DNA from: Balanoglossus misakiensis
Taxonomy: Eukaryota > Animalia > Hemichordata
Assembly (NCBI GenBank): GCA_040954595.2
Contig: CM082586.2
Coordinates: forward strand, 6,682,509 to 6,746,508
Length of the DNA: 64,000 bases
Reading direction: 5' to 3'
Numbering within the stretch: the first letter of the stretch is position 1; the number at the start of each line of letters is the position of its first letter. The notes beneath the pieces were generated by a model that worked only from the letters and a program-made list of their open reading frames with translations, did not search any database and was not told where the DNA came from. Made by a program: the position numbers and the translations under genes. This document shows, piece after piece, positions 24,813 to 37,800 of this stretch.

Positions 24813-25229
24813 CTTCGACTAGAACCAGTCTTCCAAAGGCAGCCTGAAAAATTCCTATCCCCATGTCAATTTCATCGAATCCAACCCATTCATTCGTTTT
24901 CTTACACAACTTAACTATCTGTTGATAGGTTAAACACCTCACAAATCGTTTCTCCTTCTTTGAAACCGATCGGTTACAGAACCCAGTGCAAGTCGCATTT
25001 TTGTTGACCACGATCTCCAACGTAGAGGGGCAATTCTTACATTTGTCAATTGCACAACAAACATGGTTACTGTTTATCATGGCTGCCATACGGAACACAT
25101 GTTGTCCGATCGTTCGATTTTTAGTTTGGAAATGATGTATAATTTAGAGACGACTAGGGTAGTTCTCTAAACGATTCGATTCTGAATTTAAATCAGATCT
25201 ATATTCTTCCAGGGAAAGCGTTCACTTAC

Positions 25230-25747
25230 CTGAATTTTCACAGAGCGAAACGCGCCTCTATCACCGGAAGTCGCCTCAATAAAACGATTAGGAAGTCCAG
25301 TTTCCCGACATCCCGTTAGATCCAGGGGGCTTCACACTCATCATTTCGGAGTCTATCGCGATCAAACACTTTCCAGACATGCACGAGGATAACCCCGTAG
25401 ATACACATTTGTTTCAAACAGTTGATTTGATACAGTTTATAGAGAAGTATCTTCAAGAGCGTTGAATATTAGCTCATTAACAATTAGTTTCAATCACAAA
25501 TTTATCTCATTGGAACTGCTCGGTCACCCCCGGATATACGCGCTGAAGACACATGTGGTTTTCGAACATTTTTGGCATAGAATATACTTTGATCAGTTCT
25601 GATCGAAAATGTTATGCTATTTTTACGGTATCAATGCCACATTTTGATAAAGAAATAAAGAGAGAGAGAAAAAAAGTTGCACGTAATAACGCAATATTGA
25701 AATCTCGCGAGATAAATTTGACATTCAATATGGCGGCGCACATGAAG
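25230..25747. promoter_or_regulatory. Putative bidirectional promoter for ZNF706 and RCC1L
   Basis: Divergent first-exon donors at 25229 (-) and 25748 (+). Motifs: ETS CCGGAAGT near 25264, palindromic TCTCGCGAGA at 25703-25712, YY1-like AATATGGCGGC at 25727-25737. Confidence 0.75.
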
Positions 25748-26197
25748 GTAAACGTGCTTAGTTAGAGTTGACATGCGCCACAACGGTGACTGTCACCTGT
25801 TGTATAGTGTAAAGTTAGCATGGAGGTTTAGTTTGCACATGAAACTTTCGTTACCAGTGTACTGCAGCAGACATGCACTTGGTCTGGGACTGTTTTCCGT
25901 GTGGAATTTGATGCCCCCGGACCGAAACTCATTTCATCCTGAATCAATGGGTCAGCCTAGCAACCATGAATGATGAACAGTCTTAATCTTTCAACTGAAA
26001 TACTTGGTGACACCTATAAAAGAATTCAAAGAAATAAAACTCCTACTGTCTGTCTGTTTTTTAATGTTAAATTTGTAATTTTCTTCTTTTCATTTCAGCT
26101 GGTCTAGTACGTGGATAAGTTCAGCCACTAATAGTGTAAAGGAATCTTCTCAGAAGCACAGTTCAACTTCAATATTGATCAGACCAATCAAACAATC

Positions 26198-29100
26198 ATG
26201 CAGTGCATAAGAACTAAACTCTTTGGACTCCAGTATATTGATTTTTATGCTGGAAATAATTGCAAACTATGTGCTGTGTATGCAAGACACTTATCCACAA
26301 TAATATGCACTTCAAATTCGTCCACGTCACATTGCCAAAGGATTGACTGCAATACTAGGCAAGTTTTCCCCCACAGAACAAGTGTTGCTCCTGAGCACTC
26401 CAGGACTGCTGGAAAAGTTTCAGCAAGGACTTACTCAACTTTCACAAACTCGGAACTACTCAAGAATAAGACAAAGCACTTCACACGTTTACCCAAGAGA
26501 AACATTAAAACAAAGAAAAACATCTATGAGAGGAAACCAAAACAGACTAAAGATGGTGTGGAGGAAATGCCTGTCTTCCAGTATGTTGGGGAGAAAAGTA
26601 AAAGGGCTCAGAGACTGTACGTCTGGGGGTTTTCATTCACTGGGGCGCTTGGAATTCCGACGTTTGTCAAAACCAAGGGGACCAGGAAACCGCCGCGGAG
26701 GTACCAACACACACCATACAGATTGGACCTTGATGAAAAGGTAATTTTGCATATTCAATGTTGGGGTCTACAGTCTTATAAGGATACAAATCGACTGCTT
26801 TTATTAGTATAAACACTCCTTTAGAAAGGAGAAAGATTGAATTTTCTTCATTGTATTAAAATGAGACATGTCCAGTACTGTGGTTATTTCATTAGTAATG
26901 ACCGGTTACATGTATGTTTCAGATACTGGATATTTCATGTGGTTATGGATTTACATTACTTGCCAGTGGTCAGAAGGACACTCGGAAGGTGTTCGGTACT
27001 GGACTAAATACGGATTCACAGCTTGGGTTGCAAGAAATGAGTGGCGTTCCAGGTAAGACATTGGCTGTTCTATAAGATAGTACTACTGCAAAACTATTTC
27101 TTCCATGCAGCCATGGTTCAGGCCAAGCCCATTGTTTCTATGGTACGGTTGGGGTGAAAGGGTTTAACAGTCTTTCGTAGCTAAAGAGCTTCGGTTTATA
27201 TTCTCTCACAACTTCAACCCACTTCAACTTTGTTTTCAGGTAGAAACCTGGATTACGTGATCCGGCCAACCACTATCAACCTGCCACTCAGAAAGCCTTT
27301 GTCGACCAGAGTCTCACAAGTTGCCTGTGGCCGAGCTCATTCGCTTGTGCTCACAGATGAAGAAGGAGGTGGGCAAATACCTTGAGTTTTAATTCTTTTA
27401 ATCAAAAACCACAACTCACACAAATAAGTATGATTTCACATTCTGAACTTACCTTGCATTATACATTTGGTGATGACTTGTTTCTCTTGCAGTGTTTTCC
27501 TTTGGTAGCAATGTCCATGGCCAGTGTGGCAGACCGGTCATCGAAACTGAAGTGTACCAGGCAAATCCAACCATGCACAGACTTAAGCAGTTTGGGAATT
27601 CAGTCGCGCAGGTGAGTTCAGTATCCTGTGTTGTCTGTGCCGTTACTTCCCACTTCAACCATATTCTGTATTGTGTTAGTAACTGTTGCCCCATCATGGG
27701 ATGAAGGGATTGTGATACAAATACATGTACATGTACCGTATATGTCATACATCAGTGTATAGTCCTTTGCTTGTTGTGTCACTACACATGACGATTGGAC
27801 TGTGCTGTACGCCTCCTAGTGGTCAAGAATTATAACATTAATGTCTGTTGTGTTTCAGATTGCATGTGGACATGACCACAGTTTATTTTTGACTGAAAAT
27901 GGAGAGGTGTACAGCTGTGGATGGGGAGCTGATGGTCAAACTGGTAAATACAATCTCTCTTGTCTGTATACGCTGGCTGAATACAGTACAGATAATGTAG
28001 GCTTTGTTGATTTGATATTGAAATACTGTTTGTTTCATCCTGCTTCAGGGTTTCAAATAAGAAAGAGCAGTTTAGATGCAAAAATGAATGTACTGACAAA
28101 ATTTACACAAAGTTACGTCTACATGTATATGTTTAATTATTCGTCATCAGGTCTGGGACATTGCACCACGACTAGTGAACCCACTAAGCTTGAGGGTGAT
28201 TTGAAGGGGGAGAAGATCGCATACATAACATCATTTGCCGACTGTTCTCTAGCGCTTTCAGGTGAGATGGAAGAAAATTTGAGAATCGTTTTGTCTCGGT
28301 GGTCATTTTCGATTCTTTTGATAGTGTCATGTTCAGTAAAAGCTGCATCAACCAATGCAGTTATAATTTGGATGAGTGTCGTGGTAGAATGTCTCAAGAG
28401 ATGTGATGGGGACTGTTAGTGTGTTCCTAAATTCTTATTCAATGATAAGTAGGTTATCCTTTACAGACAATGGTGAAGTGTTTGGCTGGGGGAACTCAGA
28501 ATACAACCAGTTGGCACTGGTCACTGAAAATAGCAAGGTAGGAATATGCTTCTTTACTTGTTTTTAGTGTTTTCGTTTTGTGTTGTGTATTTCAAAGAAG
28601 TAAATAATTCATGTGTACTTTGGCATTCTAGGTCAACACACCCAGCCATATTCCCCTCAACGTTGGTAAAGTGGTTGACATAGCAACCGGGGGTTCTATA
28701 TGTGCAGTTTTGAACGGTAAGGACTGGTGCTTGTCTATAAGACAATCATTTACATAACAGCAGGCAGTGTATTTCTGGAATCAGAACTATTTTAACACCA
28801 TCGTCTACACTTGAACTAAGGCCATTCTTCTGCAAGTAGTGGTGTTACAGATACAAGAATCTGATATTGTAATAAGCAGATACTTGTCATTGTGACCCAT
28901 TTTCACATTTGAAATTTCAAAGAATTTTTATACTGTACATATTACTATCACATGGTTCTGCATAGCATTGTGAGTTGCACAGCTGAAATCTCTAATTTTG
29001 TTTTGGATTTGGCAGATGATGGTGATGTGTTTGTGTGGGGGTTTGGTGTCCTTGGGAAAGGGCCAAACTGCAGAGAAAGTAAAATCCCAGAAAAGATCCC

Positions 29101-29793
29101 ACCGTCTTTGTTCGGTAGGAGTCGGTACCACCAAGATATAAAAGTGACCAAAGTCAAGTGCGGACTCCACCACTTTGCAGCCATCAACAGTAAGTCATTA
29201 TGTGTTATTGGGCTTTAATCGTTTACTGTCGATATCAGGACAGTAGTCCCTAGGCATTTCTCATCCATCATAAGTGGTAGATGTCCAATGGGTAAGTTCA
29301 GGCGGTACTGTCCTAGACTGATATAGGCAGAGATTCAATCAGAAAGTTGCGTGTTTTTCTTGCAAACTGATCTTGTAGCAGAGCTTTTCTCAAAACAATG
29401 GATCACAGTTTAGTTTATAAACATACAATGTTTTGTCGATAGGTCTTGGCGAGTTGTTCACCTGGGGCAGAAATGATACAGGTTGCTTAGGACTGGGACA
29501 TCTGAAGGATCAGTTCTTTCCAATGAAGGTAAGGTTTTAGCGACATTTTTCTGTGAAAATTCCAATCACAAACTGCCTCCAATATTTCCATAGTTACTGA
29601 CTTTTACATCCTACAGTTAAATTAACTCGGTGTGGTATTACTGCCTTCATTCTAAAAGTGACTTTTACTAGATACATTTGTCTCACTGCATGTCTGTATT
29701 TTTGTTCTTTTTCAGGTCCATGTTCCTGGTGAGGTCACCCGCGTTGCCTGTGGAGTCGATCACACTGTTGTCATAGCAAGGACTTACATCTGA
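26198..29793 (+). CDS. RCC1L: RCC1-like G exchange factor-like protein (WBSCR16), mitochondrial
   Basis: VFQYVGEK...YVWGFSFTGALG...PYRLDLDEK, then RCC1 repeats (VACGRAHSL, IACGHDHSL, CGWGADGQTG, WGNSEYNQL) over about 11 exons, ending VACGVDHTVVIARTYI-stop at 29791-29793. The start codon is uncertain. Confidence 0.93.
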
Positions 29794-30879
29794 AAGAAAT
29801 AAAATCATGACTGACTCTTTCCCTACCTCTTCATATCATCAGCTTGTCAACATATAGTGATATTTGTACAGCTCATTTTTTCATGACACAAAAAAATGGA
29901 GGAACTTAACAAGAGAAGGACACTGCTTTGAACATTCAATAATGAACAAACATAACTAGATTTAAGAATGTCATGTGTTTGATTTGATGATGATGTTTTT
30001 CCACATATAAACTGCCTTTAGATGCGAAAATAAAATATGCACCAGTAGCCAAGTGTAAGCATTGGTATTTATTTCTCATTCAATGTCATTGACACTAAGG
30101 AGAGAATTGTTGCTTGTAAATAAAGGTGACAATTTCTGTTGTTGAGTGGTGTTGTTTTGGGGTGACTCATAGAGAGTGAGTTAATTCTCTAATGAGGTGC
30201 TTCACACATCATAATGTTGTCTGTTTCTTTTGTCATGGTCTGAGCTTGTATACCAGTATGTTACCTCCTCCCTCCCCACATCATTGGTCTCCTCCCATTA
30301 CTAGTAGTATATGTAAACTACAGCAATGTTTGCTTTCTTTCCAAATCTAAATGTTCGGTATTTCAAACCGAATATAAGCCATACACATATTTTGAAAGAC
30401 TGTGGTCACACTTTTCCGACCAATTATCCAGACAACCAACTGTATCAAGACTGTTTTAATACAATGTACATGTACATGCAAATTTGTCTACACCCTCAAA
30501 TTTGCAACTGTCAATTGTGTTAATCACTTGCCAAAATTTGCAACTGCTAATTGATGTTAATTACATTACTAGTGGTGTTCATGGCAAAATCTCATTATCC
30601 CCCATTGACAAAATTAAGTCTTGTTTATTTCCATGGTTTCACAAAAGGTGTGAATCGTGTCAATGTGTTTGGATAAGTCAATTACATGCAAAGTATGGGC
30701 ACTAAGAGAGGGAATATATAACTTTACTGCGGCAGAAGTATTCTACTGGCTTACAAAAGTCGAAATATTTTGTCGAGCTCTTATTGTTTGGTGTACATGT
30801 AAATAGCAAAGTACATACATTTCAGTGCACGGACCCGCGCCCATGTCTATTTCAGAACCATTCTGCGTGTCTCGCACAT

Positions 30880-31023
30880 ATCATTGTTATGCAAATAACT
30901 CGTGACGTCAATGGTTACTCAGGTAATATCTGAAGCCACTCAAGGATTTCGTAGGATCCGTATGACTGGACTGACAGGGAAATCGGAAAAAAGAAATCAA
31001 GTTAAGGAAATCTCGCAGTGCAG
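30880..31023 (+). promoter_or_regulatory. Putative promoter and non-coding first exon of the OFCC1-like gene
   Basis: CRE TGACGTCA at 30903-30910, X-box-like GTTACTCAGGTAAT at 30914-30927, donor cag|gtaagg at 31024, matching acceptor near 31794, CpG-rich. Confidence 0.55.
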
Positions 31024-31842
31024 GTAAGGTTTCTGTACGAAACTTGTGATTTTCCTCAGTCACAATATACATTTAGAAGTGTTCAAATGATGGTTGCTAA
31101 CGCGATCGCGACTGAGCGTCGCGCGTCTCGGGATGTTTTGATCCGGAAGACGTGAAGGATCGCAATCCACCACCGGCCTATCGTGTCAGCTCTGCACGCT
31201 ATTAAAATGTGTATATCCTTGTCAAAGCTGGTGCGATCGCGTAAAATTCGAGAATTACTTGCTCAAAGAGTGCCATTAGTTTTCATTCAAGAGTATTTTG
31301 ATCCACGAAGAGTGATTTTTCACGGCTTCTGCAAGGGATCAACAATCTTGATTGAAATGGGAGAATCCAACATGGCGTGCGTCTTGGAGTTTTAAGTGAC
31401 TTGTCCCACGAACAACAGGTGTCTGTCCCAGAAAGGCGATTAATGACTGACGCAGAAATATATGTTTCGTTATTCCGATTTACTGTAGTTGCTATGTTAC
31501 AAATATAGGAAATCGGGGTTACACAGATTTATATATTGCTTAATTGGTAGTTAAGAACGATAGTGTATGTGGGTCTATATGCATAAATTATACTTCAGTG
31601 TGACGTTTGTAAACAAACCACATTGGCAATGATTTTTCCTTATAGGCTAGTAGGCTACAGTGGTTTCTCATTCATTTCTTGCCAGTTTTTCAAAGTTTTC
31701 TCAAAATTTGTGCCTTGCAAATTTAGATTAGGAAATCTTATCACTTTCAAGCAATTAAATTATCTCTAATCATTCTTCTTTTGAATTTCACCAGGTTTTC
31801 TGCCTGATTAAGGTCAGTTGTGGTTTGCAATAATTTGCAAAC

Positions 31843-34800
31843 ATGGCGGACTCCGAAAATGTAAAGAAAAAGAAAACTAAACCATCAAAAGTGACCAAAC
31901 GAAAGTCAAAATGTGAGTATTACACTTTAGATATTAGCAATACAGTGTACAAAATGGTATCAATGGAAAGAAAGAACCAATTGATGATTAGAGATGGTAC
32001 TACGAGCTTAAAATACGAGTGAATTTTACATTTTAGACAGAATTGGAATTTGCTACAGATTGACAAAGTTGGAGATTTTTTCTAAAACTGTCTAATGGCA
32101 TCAGCATATGATGGTTATTCATTGAATTGTACATATCCCATCAGTCCAATATTAAACTCTTAACCCTTTCACCCCATTAAGCTCAATTAATAATGCATTG
32201 CCCCAACTTACACTTACTACCTGATCTAGCTTTTGCTTAAATGCTTACTCACTGCTGTAAGCTATGCTGTTCTAATTTTATCTGCTGCGTAGTATCTGAA
32301 GTAAAAGTAGATAATGCTGGAGATGCAGTTCCTGAAGTTAGTACCACTGAAATTCCTGTAGAAGCACAGACTGAAAGTCCAGGTAATTGTTCAGTGTGTC
32401 AAAACAACTCTGTGTGCTGTGGTTTGACTCTACTGGTTGCTTCAATCGCAATCTCCTATATGTACATAAGTCCATTGTAACTATTTAAAACTCTGCAATA
32501 AACGTAAACTGATAGAAGTTTTGGGAGAAAGCTTTCAGCATTCTGCGTTACAGTAAAACATTGGGGTTTTCCTCATTCTTATTCAAATCACATATTAAGT
32601 TGAACATAATACATTCTGGTGTGTTGCTCGATAAGTTAAATTTTAATGGATCAACATGATTTGTCATGTTGTTTGGAAAACGCATTAAAATGATTTTACA
32701 CATGGAATATTTCTATATCTGGTGTAACATCAATTTTTTTTTCAAGTTGAAGCAATCAAAGTGACCCTTTACTTTTTAAGTTTGTTCGCTTGCTTCTATA
32801 AGGCACTGCTGTAGCTTGCAAATGCTTTATAGTAATTTTAAAATGCTTCTTTAAATGTATCTACTCAGCTGTTCCCAGCACTGCAGTTTCAGAAGATGTC
32901 ACACAGGACACCGTCCCTGACAACACAACTGATTCAAATCCTAAACCAGAGGAAAGTGTTAGCGTTGACCCAAATGATACACTTGAAACTGGTATGCTTT
33001 AATAATATAAGATGCTTTGCTTAATTAACATCATGTTAAAGGCCGACAATCGTCCTATGCGCATTGTGCAACTGAATTTAAAATGATACGAATAAACTTG
33101 AAAAAGTCAACTGCAAACCAATATAGATGATTCCTTGTAATGAATTTTGAAAAAGAAATCACTTTTAAACAACCTGCCTGGATCTCTTTGAGAACATAAG
33201 TAACAAGTGTGAAGTCAGACATATATATTTTTTTATCATTTGGATGTTTTTTAGCTGAGAAAGCAGAGAATGATACCACAGAAGATGGCAAAGATCAACA
33301 ATCTGTTACTAAAGGTATGACATTTTTTAATAAATTACCAACATAAAGTTGAGATGTGGATTTTCTTATTTTTGTAAAGTACACAATTTCAGTATTGGGA
33401 AGACTTTAGTTCAGCAAATGAATCCTGTTTAAAGTTGGTGAAAGTTGCCATGAGAACAGGATGATTATTGGCACCAGATATTGTGTCTTGTGTTATGTGA
33501 TAATCTCACACTGTAAAATTGTTTTCAACAGGATCTGAAGACCCGCAGAAGGGTACGGAAACTGGAGACGAAAAGAGTGAGCGCACCACAACTGTGATCA
33601 CTACGACAAAGACGGAGACCTACAATTATGAGACAAGAGACTTCGACAATATTGATCCCAAGGAACTTGGTATTGAAGTGGAAGATGAACCAGAGTATAA
33701 ATATGGTACGGAAACACTCTCATGTTTATAAATGTAATTTCTACTGAGAGGTGTGCCCTCTACTCCCATATGTCGCGCCACTGACTCAACAAACTCACTG
33801 GTGACTCAAAGTATTCCACACTACATGCAAAGGTATAAGGCTTACTCGGAGAATGTTTTTTAGAAATCCTCAAATTGTCTCAAAGTCGAAGCTTTTGAAA
33901 ATTATGTTTGTTAGAGGGCACACTGGTACATGTACTAATAAGGTTGCGCAGGTTTTGATGATGAATACAGACCACAGTGTACACATTACTGTCTGTTAAT
34001 GATTCTGAAATCATGTTGCTTCTGTTATTATTGAGTATATATCTCTTTGAATGACTTTAGAACCGCCGTCAAACGAAGATCTCCCAGACCTCTACAAACT
34101 CATCGACACTCTGGAGGGCGGCGACACTGAACTTGAGACGGACAGAGAGCCACCTCTGCTGTTCACAAAGCCCGAACACGAACCGAAGTACAAGAGAATC
34201 ACAGATCTGACCCTTGAACTTGAGAAAGAGGAGATCGATCCGTATGTCAGAGAGTTTGATGACAACATACGAGATGATGTCTTGATGATTGGTAATATTT
34301 CATTGGAGGAAGTGCAGGTAAGAAGCACAAATTTGAATGCCATGAAAATCTATGAGTTTATAAACTCTAATAATTGCAGTTTTCTCCTTTTTTCTATTCT
34401 TTGAATGACCAGTTGCAGAACCAGAATTTTGTGACGTTTATTTTGCTTCACTGTATCTGAAATCACCAAGTTTAACTTGAATACTATAATTAACTAGATC
34501 TGTACCTACATGTATGTGATTACAATCTAACTACATGTGTGTACACTGTATGAGTTCTGGTATGAGTGTAGCATCTTTCATCATGTCTATAATTACAAGA
34601 AACTGCCAAAATAAAGTCTGTAATCATGCAGTGAAAGTTACCCCATATACATTCCGTACAAAGCCAAATGTTCAAATTATGCTGAGGCTGTAATGCTCTG
34701 TTGCCAATTTTTCCTTTGTAGGATGAGGAGAAGAGACTTCGAGATGAACACATCTCCTACCAGCAGCAAGAAATGCTTCTTGCAAAGAGACGACAGGAGG

Positions 34801-37800
34801 ACATCGCTCTGAAAGAAGAAAAAGCCAAGAGACATGTGGTGCATCTTATGAAAGAGAAGAGAAGGGAACTTGCCAAGAGAGAGGTGAGCTGAGAGTGTTT
34901 CTAGGAATACTTGATGATCCAAAATATTATGATTGTGCTGTAAGAACGATTTATTTCGTGTTATGAAGCAGACAGAAGATTCGAAAGGTATATAGAAAGC
35001 ATAATTTTTACATGCTTGTAGGACTTCCCTAAGAAGTGCATAGTATGATGAAAGAAGGGAAGGTATGTAGGTTGGTTTAACCCTTTCACCACCATGGTTC
35101 AGTCCAAACCTATTGTTTCTATGGTAAGATTGGACCTCTCAAAAGGAAACTGGGGGTGAAAGGGTTAACCAGCTGTCAACCTTGATAATCCAATCCCTAA
35201 CATGGTTGATTGCTACATGATGATGTTTTCTTTGCCATGTAGGAGCTAGCCCTGCAAAAGGAAAGACTTCAACAGGACATTTTACATAAGGCCTTCAGAC
35301 GATCAGAAAATCAGCTGATCAGAGCCTTGGAGATCCGTAAAGCAGAAGTCAGGGTATGTATGCATGCTTCATGTGTTTGGCGATGTTGTTGTCATTATGA
35401 TTAAAATTAACAATTAACAATTGCCTTCAACAGTTCTAGTTACACTGTCAGTTATGAAAATACAGAATTATAAATAAATTACAACAATAATCTCAAGGGA
35501 GACATATTTTTCAGACCACGTTTGACTTACTGCATTTCCAGTGTAGAATATAAGAATGCTTGTTGTGTTTCTGATTGTAGACTATGTATGGTGACCTGAC
35601 AATGGCCGACGGCCAATATGGCGGATCAAAGGGCAGACGTTGGAAAGTCGACTGGAACAAGACTCCGCAACCGATACAGATCAAGTTGAAATGTATGCGT
35701 GGTGTTCGAGACAAATTACCAGGTAAATGAGGACTGGTTTAATCCTTTAACCCCTATTTCTTTCTGTAGAAGTCCAACTTTACCATACAAAACAATAGGT
35801 TTGGACCATTGTCCAAACCACGGTGGTGGTAGAGTTAAGACATCTACCTCATATAAGACAGGCTTTGGCTAATTTTGTTCAATAGTATTTTATGTTACAA
35901 TTGAGTACATTTTGATATCAAGGAAAGACATATAAATGGGTTACAACAGACATTTTGAAATTTCAACTAGGGTGTCAGACCGTACGATCTTTCGTGTGAC
36001 GCATGACTTGAAAAGTTTTAGAAAAAATAACCAACTTGTACTCTCTATTTCAGGTGGGAGGTATGTCTTGATGGTTTCACTGTATGACCGCATCGGAGGT
36101 CACGTCCTGAGGTGGTCAAGGTTGAAAGGTCAGCAGTGGGGTGGCGCCACTCTACCCATTAACCACGATGGGTATTTCTACAATATTGAAATGAAGGTGA
36201 GGGCAGAAAAATCAATTTTCCTTTTTTTTTTAAATCCTGGTGCAATTGATTGATGCAATATATGTCTTCTCTGCCTTTATGTAGCAAGATTTTTTTTTAT
36301 AATTCATGGCAATTCTGACTATTTGAAAATACTGTCCAAACTTTTCATTATGTTTTTTTTAAATCAGTTTAATTTTGATACAGGAAAGGTGTGAGTCCCT
36401 CAGTGTATCTGAACCATACTCATATCTGATGCAAATTAACAAACAAAATCTAAGTTGGTGTTCAATTTTTGCCTTTCAGCTTGACCAGAGTGTCTTCACC
36501 GTGTGCCCGTCCCGTGCTAACGTCCGTCCCGGAATGATTCTCATGTTCGAGTTGTTCCTGCTTCGTGGCTCCATGCTGCCCATCGATAAAGTCGTTGGCT
36601 GGGGTGTTTTCCCGATCTGCGATGCTGAGTTCAACATCATTGAAGGAAAGTGAGTACCTCACAGAAATAATGACCACGGCAGTTGATAAGTTAAGAATTT
36701 TCTTTTACACAGACAGACACACAGACAGACAGGCACACAGACAGACAGACACACAGACAGACTTATCCACTGAAAATATATGATTGGCTATAGATATGTG
36801 CTTTCCATGGTACTGTACATGTAACTGTGGTGAGCGTATACCAGTTATATGGTCTACAGTGTCTTATTACAAATCTTTAACAATTACATATTCCTTTTCA
36901 AAGGTACAAAGCTCCTTTCCTGCGAGGCGAGATGGACCCACGCATCGAGCGACACGAAACACCAGAGAGGCTGATTGCGAGTGACATTGACCATTGGCTG
37001 TGCAATCTCTACTTTGAGGTGGTCAAACTGCCAAGGTAAGCCAAGGTCAAGTTTATAAATGTAGCAGTCACATTTGACTACCAGCTTGAAGGTAAAAGGT
37101 GCCATGCAATGTGCTACAAGGTTTGTTCCCACTCAACACATTGCCGTATGTTCTCATTCCCAGGTATTTGGCAGGACAGAAGGAATATGAGGTGGAATTG
37201 CAGTTCTCGTCCAGTCTCATCAGTTTTCCGGACCGGATCAAAGGAGCTGAGGATCCCGTTGATGGGGAAGCGCCCGTTCCCGGCTCCAGACAAGACCTGT
37301 CTTCCATCGAGGGTAAATAATTAAAGGGACAATAAAGTCTCTCTCTCGCTGTCTTTTTTCCATTAATTATGTTTGATACAAGACAGTCCGTTTATGTTAT
37401 TCTACATGTGGATATATAGTGAATCGACGTTCAACCACACACAACTTCCATCCCAATTGTAGACACTAGAGTGAAAAACACGCCAAATAAATGAATAATC
37501 GGTCTCTACCGTTTATTCATTTTGGCAAGATTTTTACTCTCATATCCAACGAATGGATGGAAGTTTTGTGTTTGTTCAAATGTTGATTCACTATATATCC
37601 ACATGTAGAATAACATAAACAGTGTCTTGTATCAAACATAATTAATGGAAAAAGGGCAGCGAGAGAGAGACTTCGTCACTTTAAGTCTCAAAATAGAGGC
37701 TTACATTTTTATGTGCAGTAAGAGAGATGGGAATGACACTGAAACAGACCACAAAATCATGGAGTGAATCCACTATGTTACTATAACATGCTTCTGGGAT

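Noticed and set aside
24766-25098. 110-aa Cys-rich ORF on the - strand
   Set aside because: It lies mostly in the ZNF706 5' UTR intron and overlaps the real CDS in another frame; no recognisable domain.
26343-26744. 133-aa alternative-frame ORF in the first RCC1L coding exon
   Set aside because: Non-ATG start, off-frame overlap with a well-supported CDS, and no recognisable homology.
31213-31220. ATATCCTT (and GTATCCTT near 60478) resembling U12-type donors
   Set aside because: Both are inside ordinary GT-AG introns and are not at exon ends needed by any reading frame.
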